Source: a virus (Duplodnaviria; Caudoviricetes). Taken from it: a stretch of DNA of 56,674 nucleotides. Where the stretch lies: positions 1 through 56,674 of IMG/VR virus record IMGVR_UViG_3300020686_000001, one strand, 5' to 3'. A model generated the notes under the pieces. The model made no database searches, had not been told where the DNA came from, and saw only the letters and a program-made list of their open reading frames with translations. Within the stretch, counting starts at the first letter, position 1. Every line of letters begins with the position of its first letter. Made by a program: the position numbers and the translations under genes. Positions 1-8,256 of the stretch are shown piece by piece.

Positions 1-99
1 TGGCTTCCCATTCCTATAATGAACACCACCAATATTGACAGTTCCCAAAGATTCAATTTTGTCGGCTTCTTGTGCCTTTCTTAGTATTGCTCTAGCAAA
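1..99. repeat. Terminal direct repeat (copy 1); circular assembly overlap
   Basis: 1-99 is identical to 56576-56674. Confidence 0.95.
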
Positions 100-276
100 T
101 AAAACCAATCTTTCAGGATTTTCACTATGGTAGCTATGGCAAAAATACTTAGCTTCAGATTTTATTTCCTCATCTGTTAGTGTCTTTAACTGTGGTGAGC
201 AAGTATGAATAGAATCGCCTGTAACTCTTTGCCCACAGTCTAAACACGCAGTCCACGCTACTGGTTCATTGTTCAT
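1..276 (-). CDS. Small cassette-array protein spanning the circular junction (ends at TGA 56567-56569)
   Basis: Hand translation from ATG 276: MNNEPVAWTACLDCGQ...LKTLTDEEI...FARAILRKAQEADK...GKPEK*; ATGA overlaps with both neighbours. Confidence 0.8.
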   Translation of the reverse strand, partial: MNNEPVAWTACLDCGQRVTGDSIHTCSPQLKTLTDEEIKSEAKYFCHSYHSENPERLVLFARAILRKAQEADKIESLGTVNIGGVHYRNGKP

Positions 277-500
277 TTGAGCAACCTAAAAGTGATTTTG
301 TCATGGGCTTCCTTGCGTTGCTCAGGAACTTTGACACTTTCATCCACGATTCCCCAACAAATCATAGAAGCCTGTTTCCAAGCCTCATCCCATATAGCTT
401 TCGGATCGCCAAGCATTTCCTCTTCAGCGTTAGCCCTTTGGAGCAGCTTGATCCAATCCTCATAAGCCTTTTCCCACTGTTCTTTTTGAAATAGGATCAT
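273..500 (-). CDS. Hypothetical protein
   Basis: 75-aa ORF with ATGA coupling at both ends. Confidence 0.7.
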   Translation of the reverse strand: MILFQKEQWEKAYEDWIKLLQRANAEEEMLGDPKAIWDEAWKQASMICWGIVDESVKVPEQRKEAHDKITFRLLK

Positions 501-703
501 TTAATTTTCATCCATAGAATGGTGAGGACAAACGCAACCGCAAAAAGGTACAGCTTCCAAAGAAATCTTTTGAGCGCTGCATATTTGTTTCCACCTAAAA
601 GACAAGATTGCAAGTGAAGCATATCCGAGTCGTACTCCACATACTGTGGGGGCTGATAGTTACAGCCAATCTTGATTTTACCATTGTTGTAAGGCACATT
701 CAT
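497..703 (-). CDS. Hypothetical protein with C-terminal transmembrane helix
   Basis: Start MNVPYNNGK after a GGAG RBS; hydrophobic C-terminus. Confidence 0.65.
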   Translation of the reverse strand: MNVPYNNGKIKIGCNYQPPQYVEYDSDMLHLQSCLLGGNKYAALKRFLWKLYLFAVAFVLTILWMKIK

Positions 704-723
704 ACTTTTTCTCCAAAGTAATA

Positions 724-737
724 GCCCCCGAAGGGGC
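724..737 (-). terminator. GC hairpin after gene 743-1147
   Basis: GCCCC-CGAA-GGGGC stem-loop; near-identical to 8580-8592. Confidence 0.55.
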
Positions 738-742
738 ATAAA

Positions 743-1147
743 TTAAAAGCTGTAATCGTAGTATTCGTCACGAACACCAATCTTTAAACCTGAGCCATGC
801 TTTTGCTGAACATAGCGACCTGTTTCGGTATTAAATACGCAAAACTTCCAAAAACCTGTTTTAGGGTGCTTTTTGAACACACGAATAGAGCCATCGGGAT
901 CAGGCAAGTAATCGTAATCTTGTGATTCAGACATGCCATTTTTGTCTTTACGAACAGCATTGTCATCACGAGTTGTGACATACACCACATTGCGAATAGT
1001 TTCAACCGCAATAATAGTTGCTGCGGATCTGTCAGTCCAATGCAAAACTGTTGCACCCATGCCAACATATGGCTCAGGCTCTCCACGAACAGCACGACTG
1101 TCAAAGTGATTAAACACACTACCTGTACCGCTTCCAAGTCTTAACAT
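743..1147 (-). CDS. Conserved phage hypothetical protein
   Basis: Start MLRLGSG follows AAGGAG RBS; PYVGMGAT...TDR motif; has its own promoter. Confidence 0.75.
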   Translation of the reverse strand: MLRLGSGTGSVFNHFDSRAVRGEPEPYVGMGATVLHWTDRSAATIIAVETIRNVVYVTTRDDNAVRKDKNGMSESQDYDYLPDPDGSIRVFKKHPKTGFWKFCVFNTETGRYVQQKHGSGLKIGVRDEYYDYSF

Positions 1148-1151
1148 CTCA

Positions 1152-1240
1152 TTCTCCTTAATTAACTGCCCCATGCAGTAATGACATTGGAACATGGATT
1201 ATCCACTTACGCAAGAAATATTTATAGGTGCTTTCCCTAA
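1152..1240 (-). promoter_or_regulatory. Promoter/leader cassette (inverted paralogue of 8161-8250)
   Basis: Reverse complement reads TTAGGGAAAG..CCTA..TTGCGTAAGTGGATAAT..TTACTG-loop-CAGTTAATTAAGGAGAA. Confidence 0.75.
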
Positions 1241-1533
1241 TGCGGATGATCCTGAACCTCAAGCCATCCATCCTCAAATAGTTTGCCTATAGTTTTTCTG
1301 TGAGCATCATCCCAAATATGCTTCTTTTCATCCTTGGATAAATCTCTTCCTTGGTCTATTTGGGCATGGCAATGCATACAAAGAGCTGCTATGCGGTAAT
1401 CATGTGCTTTGATGCCCATACCCTTGCCATCAATCAATTGGTTGCTGTGGGAGGCTTGGGTAGAGCCATGCAACCCACAGCGCATACAAGGCATTTGGGC
1501 TACAGCTTTTAATAGTTTGCTATTTCGGTACAT
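1237..1533 (-). CDS. DUF1364/YbcO-like HNH-related zinc-binding protein
   Basis: CxxC...SHSN...GKGMGIK..D...CxxCH..ID motifs. Confidence 0.7.
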   Translation of the reverse strand: MYRNSKLLKAVAQMPCMRCGLHGSTQASHSNQLIDGKGMGIKAHDYRIAALCMHCHAQIDQGRDLSKDEKKHIWDDAHRKTIGKLFEDGWLEVQDHPH

Positions 1534-1684
1534 ATTTTTCCAAAATCTTGTTTAAAATCAATGCAGAAGACTTTATTTTAAGAATTTCAGACTTAGCCTC
1601 ATACCATTGTTTTTTGTTAGCAAAGTCTTCAAATCTATTAACCGCTTTGCGGATGTCAATAATGCTTTGAGCATAGTCAATCAT
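1520..1684 (-). CDS. Small hypothetical protein (54 aa, below track cut-off)
   Basis: MIDYAQSIIDIRK...KYVPK*; fills the gap with an ATGA overlap. Confidence 0.55.
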   Translation of the reverse strand: MIDYAQSIIDIRKAVNRFEDFANKKQWYEAKSEILKIKSSALILNKILEKYVPK

Positions 1685-2037
1685 TGGGTTAACCTCATTT
1701 CATTTCTAGCGGATGCTTCTAGGGAGCGCCACGCCTCAAGCTTGGCTTCTGCTGCTGCAATTAACAAGCGCAAGGTCTCATATTCTGAGATTGCCTCACC
1801 TGTGTCGTAAACATGCTTTTCAAGGTGCGGATGGGCGTAGGCAAAGGTTTCCTTGGCAGCTTCAGATTTAGCATCTATAGCCTGCATCATAAGCTTTGCT
1901 TTGACTGTTTTACGCATCTCGGTCATGACATATACACGACCCTTAAGTGCTCCTGCCTTTTCAGCATTGTCTCTAAGGAAGTCCATAGCCTCGTATGGAT
2001 TGATGTTTTCAGGGGTTGTTGCTGGGTATTTCTTCAT
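1681..2037 (-). CDS. Conserved phage helical protein
   Basis: 118-aa coiled-coil ORF ending WRSLEASAR; lies in the recombination operon. Confidence 0.7.
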   Translation of the reverse strand: MKKYPATTPENINPYEAMDFLRDNAEKAGALKGRVYVMTEMRKTVKAKLMMQAIDAKSEAAKETFAYAHPHLEKHVYDTGEAISEYETLRLLIAAAEAKLEAWRSLEASARNEMRLTQ

Positions 2038-2386
2038 TCAAATCACCTTTATCTGTAATTTTTACTACCAACATGCCTTTAATTCCTACGCCCCAACGAA
2101 TACTGAGGTCATGGATCAATGAATCATCTTTCCAAGCCCCTGCATGGGTTAGGGCATCCAAAGGCGCTTTCAGTAGATTGTCCAAATCACGCAAGCGTTT
2201 ATCGGGTCTGTAAGCAATTATTTCCACTTTGATAGGTCTATCCCTCATTACCACCATTTTTTCAGCTACAAGCCCTGCTACAGCCTTCCTATAGTCCTTT
2301 CCCTTCTGACTAATGAATGTAACAGTGCGAGTGTGAACCCAGTAATGGTTTACCGATGGTGGAAAGGGGATAGTGATTTCTATCAT
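2009..2386 (-). CDS. rusA: RusA-like Holliday junction resolvase
   Basis: PFPPSVNHYW and PDKRLRDLDNLLKAPLDAL..AG..KDDS motifs. Confidence 0.92.
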   Translation of the reverse strand: MIEITIPFPPSVNHYWVHTRTVTFISQKGKDYRKAVAGLVAEKMVVMRDRPIKVEIIAYRPDKRLRDLDNLLKAPLDALTHAGAWKDDSLIHDLSIRWGVGIKGMLVVKITDKGDLNEEIPSNNP

Positions 2387-2667
2387 TGTTTTCTTTGGCT
2401 TGGAATGCGGTTACGAATAAGTTCCGCAATATCCCTTATTGCGGTTGACAATTCGCCTTCTTCTTCGGCATTTGCAGCCTCATCGACAATTTTGGCACAA
2501 GCCTCACGCTCAATCATGACAGCAGTTCTAGAAGCTTCAATAGCCATAGCCATAATTTCTGCTTTGGCAAGGTTTAAAGCTTCATCGAATTCCTTTTGGG
2601 TAAATAATGAACCGCCCTGCGTTCCAATCAAAAAGCTTTTTTGAAAGTCATTCATTTCAGCCATCAT
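2383..2667 (-). CDS. Hypothetical protein
   Basis: EREACAK...IAELIRNR motif common in phage small proteins. Confidence 0.7.
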   Translation of the reverse strand: MMAEMNDFQKSFLIGTQGGSLFTQKEFDEALNLAKAEIMAMAIEASRTAVMIEREACAKIVDEAANAEEEGELSTAIRDIAELIRNRIPSQRKQ

Positions 2668-3170
2668 TCATCCTTTTTGAATTTGTTGATAAAAGCATCT
2701 AGTTCTTGATGTAACAACTTCTGATTCATCTTGCCAACTGTAGAGGTTTTTTTACCATCAACAACTGCCAATGGATTGAATAGCCATTTATCAAAGTTTT
2801 TATTGGCAGCCACATAGAACTCGGAGTTGTTTAACTTTTCTCCCCACATAACATGAGGCTCATTCTGTGACATTGAGATACCAACTTGACGAGTTCCCTG
2901 CCTAACTTCATCGTCATAACATTTAAGATGCCATGCATTCAAAATTTGTAACAAATGTTTTCTGAAGTTTTCTTTTGTGACGAACTCACCCGGCTGATAC
3001 ATATTAATGAACAACTGCAGTGGATCAGTTACACCACGAGTCCTACCATCTGATTCAGGTAGGATGTCTGTATCACGATGCTCTGGCTTTTTATCTACGC
3101 CATAAATCATATCCGTTAGAGGTGCATCTTTACCTTCTAACAATTCATCTTCTTTAGTCTTCATAACCAT
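2664..3170 (-). CDS. Hypothetical protein
   Basis: 168-aa ORF coupled to neighbours. Confidence 0.65.
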   Translation of the reverse strand: MVMKTKEDELLEGKDAPLTDMIYGVDKKPEHRDTDILPESDGRTRGVTDPLQLFINMYQPGEFVTKENFRKHLLQILNAWHLKCYDDEVRQGTRQVGISMSQNEPHVMWGEKLNNSEFYVAANKNFDKWLFNPLAVVDGKKTSTVGKMNQKLLHQELDAFINKFKKDE

Positions 3171-3370
3171 ATTCCATTTTCTCCCGTATTACCTTTTTTC
3201 CATTGGTCTAGGATGTCAAATTCCAACCTATACCGCCTTTGCTCTAATGCCTTGTTACTAAGATGTTGCCTTAACCACTCTTTGCCACGCAATCGACGCT
3301 CTCTGAGTAGTTGCCTCACTTCGCATCGATGCCTATGCTCTTCACTGTAGGTATAGTTGGATTCTTCCAA
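3161..3370 (-). CDS. Conserved phage hypothetical protein
   Basis: EEHRHRCEVR...QWKKGNTG motif. Confidence 0.65.
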   Translation of the reverse strand: MEESNYTYSEEHRHRCEVRQLLRERRLRGKEWLRQHLSNKALEQRRYRLEFDILDQWKKGNTGENGIWL

Positions 3371-4253
3371 ATGACTCTCCTACATATTGCTGACTGTCAG
3401 GCTCAAACCATAATGGAATCTTGCCTTCCCATTCGCCATTGCGTTGCTTTTCACAAATCAAGAAAGCGTCTGCAATCGCTTCATCAGTTGCACCAGTTTC
3501 CCGTCGTTCCACTTCCTTAATTTTGTTACGAAAGACGATAAAAACATTATCAACTTGGTCGGTAATTGAGCCTGATCCCTTGAGGTCAAACTTACCGGGT
3601 AAATGCTTTTCGTCAGTTCCTTTTCGCATGTGATGCACCAAGTGGATATGTAAGCCCGTATCCTGAGCGATGCTACACAATGTGTTAACAAAATCTTTTT
3701 GACCATTGAAGTCATCTTCTCCTTTCACACACTTCATCAGTGAGTCAATAACAATGTGTTGAACCTTTAATTCCTGAGCTGCGTATCTGCAAACCGCAAG
3801 CATTTCTGTTGCTCCAATCATTCCATGATGATCTAGCAAATATAGATGATCCTTTTTCCATTGATGGAATTGATCCAATGCCAATGGAGATGGAATTTTC
3901 ATCCCTGTAGCTTGTCTTGCCATACGAGCCAAAGTAATTTCAGGTCGCATCTCGAAACTAGCAATAAGGCATTTCTGACCTTGCTCAATTAAAGACAAAA
4001 CGCATTGACCGAGCAAAAGGCTTTTCCCATGCCCATTAACACCAGCCCAGACAGAAACTTCGGAAGGGCGTAAACCAACAAATATGCCATGCTTATCCCA
4101 AGGAAGATATGAACCCCTGCTGATAAGGCTTCCTTCAAAATATTTTTTAATTTCTTCAGCATAGTAAGACTTCTCCTTAATTTTTCTGCTTGGGGCTGAT
4201 TCCTTCTCATAAAGCTCCCAATCAATGTCATCGAACTCAATCACGCTTTCCAT
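3342..4253 (-). CDS. DnaB/T7-gp4-like SF4 replicative helicase (ATPase domain)
   Basis: Walker A GVNGHGKS, SFEM, IVIDSL, HIHLVHH, DLKGSGSI, KQRNG. Confidence 0.9.
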   Translation of the reverse strand: MESVIEFDDIDWELYEKESAPSRKIKEKSYYAEEIKKYFEGSLISRGSYLPWDKHGIFVGLRPSEVSVWAGVNGHGKSLLLGQCVLSLIEQGQKCLIASFEMRPEITLARMARQATGMKIPSPLALDQFHQWKKDHLYLLDHHGMIGATEMLAVCRYAAQELKVQHIVIDSLMKCVKGEDDFNGQKDFVNTLCSIAQDTGLHIHLVHHMRKGTDEKHLPGKFDLKGSGSITDQVDNVFIVFRNKIKEVERRETGATDEAIADAFLICEKQRNGEWEGKIPLWFEPDSQQYVGESFGRIQLYLQ

Positions 4254-4567
4254 TCGTTCAACTCCCCATCCCAATCAATCCCCAACAACAAAGCAGGTTT
4301 CGCTTCTACGAACGCTACCCACCACTCTAAAAAATCCTCCCTAGTATCAGCAATAAGGTGAATTTTTAAACCTCTAGCCCATGTCAAATCAGCCTTTTTA
4401 GCAGAACTATCACCTGCATAAACATCAGGGTGCTCTCCACGAATAATGCCAAACTCAGGGTTCATCCAATCTTTTAAGACTTTAGGTTCAGGTCTAGCAA
4501 AAAAGAACACGCTCTTAGGCTTTTGACGATTCCTACGCAATTCAATGATTTGTTTATGACCGAGCAT
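4241..4567 (-). CDS. Hypothetical protein between initiator and helicase
   Basis: 108-aa ORF overlapping both neighbours. Confidence 0.65.
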   Translation of the reverse strand: MLGHKQIIELRRNRQKPKSVFFFARPEPKVLKDWMNPEFGIIRGEHPDVYAGDSSAKKADLTWARGLKIHLIADTREDFLEWWVAFVEAKPALLLGIDWDGELNEWKA

Positions 4568-5252
4568 AGTAGCTACTTCCTTTCATAAAATCAGGGGCTG
4601 TGGACTTTTTTGGTTGACCATCCTTAGTTCCACCTGAGTCTTGGCATCTTGTAAACCAGCTTGTAAGAAATCGGTTGTAATTCGATTTGGTTTGTTTTGG
4701 ATTAGCAACCATCCAAGCGCCTGCCTTGGCAATCTCAAGAGTTAGGTTTACAGCAGGAAAAGCTTTTTTCCAAATCTCCATTTGGTTTTCTTCAATCCCT
4801 TCAAAAGAACCTTTGTTGGCATCGAAACGAATATTCGTTGATGCCCCCTTACCCTTACCCTTCCCCTTCCCCAAGCCGTCATATGTCTGCACATTGCTGT
4901 CAACTGTTTGACAAATGTCTGACAATTGTTCTTCAGTTGGTTGCGGATATTTACCTTTTGACCGAACTCTTTGCTCCCATTTTAAAATTTGAACATAGGG
5001 CTGACCTTCGCAAGTGTATGAAATTAAAAGCTTTTGTTCCAATAACTCAGCAATCCATTTGCCAATATGTTCAGGGGTAACATTGTCCTTAAGTGGAAAG
5101 CATCGTGCTCTTAGAATAGATGTTCTAGCATCCATACAGCCAAAATCATCGGAAACGACCAGAAGTCTATAAAAAAACACTTCGGCTTGGGCTGATAGCG
5201 AATTTATTCTATCTGAGTCCACAATACCTTCTTTGAGAAGTCTATTTGGCAT
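4554..5252 (-). CDS. Phage replication initiator / replisome organizer
   Basis: MPNR..K....S..INSLS..AE.FFYRL....DDFG N-terminal domain, low-complexity linker, helical C-domain; upstream of helicase. Confidence 0.75.
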   Translation of the reverse strand: MPNRLLKEGIVDSDRINSLSAQAEVFFYRLLVVSDDFGCMDARTSILRARCFPLKDNVTPEHIGKWIAELLEQKLLISYTCEGQPYVQILKWEQRVRSKGKYPQPTEEQLSDICQTVDSNVQTYDGLGKGKGKGKGASTNIRFDANKGSFEGIEENQMEIWKKAFPAVNLTLEIAKAGAWMVANPKQTKSNYNRFLTSWFTRCQDSGGTKDGQPKKSTAPDFMKGSSYYARS

Positions 5253-5457
5253 TGTATTTTTCTTTCGCTAGGGCTTTGTTGGCTTCAGCACTTGCAATAA
5301 GCTCATTGGCATGTTTGATTACAGAACGGAATTGCCCAATTGATATGCAAACTGTCTGAGCATCCATTCCACTAGCCAATCCATCTGCTGAAAAACAAAT
5401 AAAACCGCTGTCGCTAGCATAAATCTCAATGCCATCTTGTGATGGAAATTCAAGCAT
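5242..5457 (-). CDS. Hypothetical protein
   Basis: 71-aa ORF with AAGGAG RBS. Confidence 0.65.
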   Translation of the reverse strand: MLEFPSQDGIEIYASDSGFICFSADGLASGMDAQTVCISIGQFRSVIKHANELIASAEANKALAKEKYNAK

Positions 5458-5509
5458 TTACTACTCCTTTATCCAAAGTTGATTAATCCAGCATCCGCTG
5501 GTACTTCTA

Positions 5510-5737
5510 TTACAAGTTAGTCCATACAAACTTATAAAGATTAGGGCAAAGCTGTTTTCTGGTTACTTTGCCGTTTGTTAACTCTTCAATCCGAGAGGCT
5601 AAAACAATAAGACGATACTCTGGTATCCCATGTTTAAGCCAGTTGGTTACAGTTGGCTGAGTTACACCACACATGTAAACAATCTCTTTTTGTCCGAGTA
5701 ATTTTACGATTTCTTTAAATTTCATAAATTGCATCAT
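5510..5737 (-). CDS. Cro/YdaS-like HTH regulator
   Basis: GVTQPTVTNW..HGIP HTH and TNGKVTRKQLCP tail; first gene of the divergent arm; start codon uncertain. Confidence 0.75.
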   Translation of the reverse strand: MMQFMKFKEIVKLLGQKEIVYMCGVTQPTVTNWLKHGIPEYRLIVLASRIEELTNGKVTRKQLCPNLYKFVWTNL

Positions 5738-5742
5738 AAACC

Positions 5743-5819
5743 TTTTAAAAATAATTTGCAAACATTTTAAAAATAACTTATAGTTTTACTTACGACATAG
5801 TGTCGTTAAGGAGAAAATT
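5743..5819. promoter_or_regulatory. Divergent control region: sigma70-like promoter, direct repeats, leader hairpin, RBS
   Basis: TTGCAA-17-TATAGT; TTTTAAAAATAA twice (5743, 5765); ACGACA-TAG-TGTCGT; TAAGGAGAA. Confidence 0.75.
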
Positions 5820-6026
5820 ATGACTGATGCAGAATTGTTTCACGCAGAACGAGAACGGGAGTTCCTTTTAGAACGGGCTTTGGAGCGTATGGAGTCTGGC
5901 ACATTAACCGCAGATGATATGGACATCATCAGATTTGAATGCGGTAAACCTAATCAACCATGCCACTCAAAGCAAGTCCTTTCGGATGTATTTGCTGACT
6001 TTGGCAACATTTTTAGAAAGGCTTAA
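5820..6026 (+). CDS. Hypothetical early protein
   Basis: Strong RBS, 68 aa. Confidence 0.7.
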   Translation: MTDAELFHAEREREFLLERALERMESGTLTADDMDIIRFECGKPNQPCHSKQVLSDVFADFGNIFRKA

Positions 6027-6027
6027 T

Positions 6028-6666
6028 ATGGCTATTATTGCGTCAACAAGTGGAGGGGGCGACTTTCAACTAGCCCCATCAGGTAACCATTTGGCTCGTT
6101 GCTATCGCATCGTAGATATGGGTAGCCATCAAAACTCTTATGGCAATACCCTCCGCAAGATTCTTGTATCTTGGGAATTGCATGGTGAAGATGATGATGG
6201 GAATCCTTTGACTACAGCCGATGGGAAGCCTTTAATCATTTCAGGCAACTATACCCTTAGCTTGTCTGAAAAAGCAACTCTGAGAGCCATTTTGGAGTCT
6301 TGGCGTGGCAAACCATTTACTTTGGAAGAGTTGTCAGGTTTTGACATTACTAATCTGTTGGACAAATGGTGCATGGTAACCATCAGCCACGATACCAATG
6401 ACAAGAACAAAAAGACTTATGCCAATGTCAAGGCGGTATCACCTGTTCCTGCAATTATCAAAAAGAATGGGTTACCTGATGGTGTTAACAAACATACAAG
6501 CTTGTCATTAGAGGCTGATACATTTGACCAAGGTTTGTTTGATTCTTTGTCCGATGGCATCAAGAAAAAGATTATGGAGTCACCTGAGTATAAAAAGCTC
6601 AGCAGCACCCCATTTGTAAAGCCAGTAGCGGATCTAGCTACTATGGATGATGATGTCCCATTTTGA
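6028..6666 (+). CDS. Phage single-stranded DNA-binding/replication protein
   Basis: P.G.HLARCYRIVDMG N-terminus; SLSEKATLR..LESWRGKPFT; acidic DDDVPF tail. Confidence 0.7.
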   Translation: MAIIASTSGGGDFQLAPSGNHLARCYRIVDMGSHQNSYGNTLRKILVSWELHGEDDDGNPLTTADGKPLIISGNYTLSLSEKATLRAILESWRGKPFTLEELSGFDITNLLDKWCMVTISHDTNDKNKKTYANVKAVSPVPAIIKKNGLPDGVNKHTSLSLEADTFDQGLFDSLSDGIKKKIMESPEYKKLSSTPFVKPVADLATMDDDVPF

Positions 6667-6693
6667 TAATTTGTTGATTATAAAGGATATTTT

Positions 6694-6849
6694 ATGAACT
6701 ACGGAATAATTTTAGGAATTCTTTGCGTCTGTGCATGGATCACGCACATTTTGTTTTGTTTTGGTCATGCAGCTTGGGGATTTTTAGTTGCAGGAGCAAT
6801 TTTCTTTCCAATCGGAATCCTTCATGGATTCTATCTTTGGTTTCAATAA
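6694..6849 (+). CDS. Small membrane protein (51 aa)
   Basis: MNYGIILGILCVCAWITHILFCF...WGFLVAGAIFFPIGILHGFYLWFQ. Confidence 0.7.
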   Translation: MNYGIILGILCVCAWITHILFCFGHAAWGFLVAGAIFFPIGILHGFYLWFQ

Positions 6850-6858
6850 GGAGAAGTT

Positions 6859-7119
6859 ATGTTTATTAGCTCAATGGATAAAGCAAGAATCTTGGACAAC
6901 ATTGCATTTTTAATTGATGAAGTTCAGGCGTTAAAAACAAAGGTTGCCAAACTTGAAGGATGGAAACCTGAAGAAAAGAAATTGTCATCAACAAAAAATA
7001 TTTACAAATGGGCGAAGGATCATTCTCTTGATGCTCCTAAGACCAAATCAGTTGTTACATTTCCTGTTCCTAAAAAGCGTGGCAGACCTGTAGGATCAAA
7101 GAATAAGGTGAAAAAATGA
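6859..7119 (+). CDS. Basic protein with AT-hook-like motif
   Basis: KKRGRPVGSKNK; AAGGAG RBS. Confidence 0.65.
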   Translation: MFISSMDKARILDNIAFLIDEVQALKTKVAKLEGWKPEEKKLSSTKNIYKWAKDHSLDAPKTKSVVTFPVPKKRGRPVGSKNKVKK

Positions 7120-7322
7120 AACAACCAAGAATAAAAATTAGCGAAGATAGTGGTGAAGCAGATATTCTCAATTGGGAAGAATTTGACGAAAAAAATTCTT
7201 TGTGGCGATATGATGTTTTGGGAGACTTAAAAAGCATTATTGATGATAGATACGAAATAGCAAAAAAAGATTGGAAAAAAGATTTACTTAATTTAAGAAA
7301 ATTATCAAAGGGCAAAAAATGA
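7116..7322 (+). CDS. Hypothetical protein
   Basis: ATGA-coupled 68-aa ORF. Confidence 0.6.
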   Translation: MKQPRIKISEDSGEADILNWEEFDEKNSLWRYDVLGDLKSIIDDRYEIAKKDWKKDLLNLRKLSKGKK

Positions 7323-8092
7323 TTGCTAAAGATAATAAGGTTGCAGAATCTGGTCATTGGTATACACGATCAGGTGAGCCGATGTATCAAGTTCCATCCA
7401 AAAAAGATGGCTCACTACGCAATACAACTCTTAGGGATGCTCGTACCCTTGATCTAGTTCCATCAGTCAGTGGAATTATTCGCATGGCAGCATCACCGGG
7501 TTTAGAGGTATGGAAGCTTAATGAAATGCTTATGGCTTCCTTAACTCTTCCAAAGCTTGATGGGGAGTCTTTAGAGGCATTTGCAGCTCGTGTACAGCAT
7601 GACTCAAAGGAAACTGGTCGCAAGGCTAGTGAGCGTGGAACTGCCATTCATGCAGGCATTCAGGCGTTCTATGAGGGGCATTTGCTTGAAGGATACCTAG
7701 AGCATGGCAAAGCTACAGAAAAAGCCTTGGATGACCATTTTGGGGCTAATCTATGGCTTCCTGAAGTATCCTTTGCCAAAGATGGTTATGGTGGTAAATG
7801 CGACCTAATGGTTAAAAGCAATCACCAATTCAATGGAATAGTGGTTGACATCAAAACCAAGGAGTTTACTGATCCCGATAAGATTGTGGCGTATGACGAG
7901 CATCTGATGCAGCTCGCAGCCTACAGGCATGGTCTTGGAATGCCAAAAGCTCGTTGCGCTAATGCTTTTGTATCTGTACAACTACCTGTACAAGTCAAGA
8001 TTATTGAATGGTCAGAGGCTGATTTAGAGCGTGGTTTAAGCATGTTTATGTGCTTATTATCGTTTTGGCAGTTAAAAAACAAGTATAAATAA
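7319..8092 (+). CDS. PD-(D/E)XK exonuclease
   Basis: PSVS.I, RGTAIH, E...YGGKCDL, VVDIKTK, QLAAY motifs. Confidence 0.88.
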   Translation: MIAKDNKVAESGHWYTRSGEPMYQVPSKKDGSLRNTTLRDARTLDLVPSVSGIIRMAASPGLEVWKLNEMLMASLTLPKLDGESLEAFAARVQHDSKETGRKASERGTAIHAGIQAFYEGHLLEGYLEHGKATEKALDDHFGANLWLPEVSFAKDGYGGKCDLMVKSNHQFNGIVVDIKTKEFTDPDKIVAYDEHLMQLAAYRHGLGMPKARCANAFVSVQLPVQVKIIEWSEADLERGLSMFMCLLSFWQLKNKYK

Positions 8093-8099
8093 GCTTTAC

Positions 8100-8156
8100 G
8101 GGGGTGGTTTCGGGGTTTTTACTTCATTTGAACCCCATCTGCCGGTTGCCACCCCC
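8100..8156 (+). other. GC-rich nested stem-loop (possible structured RNA)
   Basis: GGGGGTGG/CCACCCCC outer stem; GGGGTT/AACCCC inner stem; no U-tract. Confidence 0.45.
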
Positions 8157-8160
8157 ACCC

Positions 8161-8250
8161 TATTAGGGAAAGTCCTAATAAAAATATTTGCGTAAGTGGA
8201 TAATTTTTGATATAGTTCTTCTTACTGGATGTCCAGTTAATTAAGGAGAA
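8161..8250 (+). promoter_or_regulatory. Promoter/leader cassette
   Basis: TATTAGG-GAAAGT-CCTAATA palindrome; TTGCGT-17-TATAGT; ACTGGA-TG-TCCAGT; TAAGGAGAA. Confidence 0.8.
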
Positions 8251-8256
8251 ACAAAA

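Noticed and set aside
1-99. 99-bp terminal repeat as a biological DTR
   Set aside because: It lies inside a coding sequence and its length matches a typical assembler k-mer overlap, so it is best read as a circularisation artefact
743-1195. Track start at 1195 (similarly extended starts at 5914, 11704, 19274, 31780, 34959, 44427, 56204)
   Set aside because: The extensions overlap promoters or upstream genes; downstream ATGs have an RBS or ATGA coupling
8100-8156. tRNA
   Set aside because: No cloverleaf, T-loop consensus or D-arm
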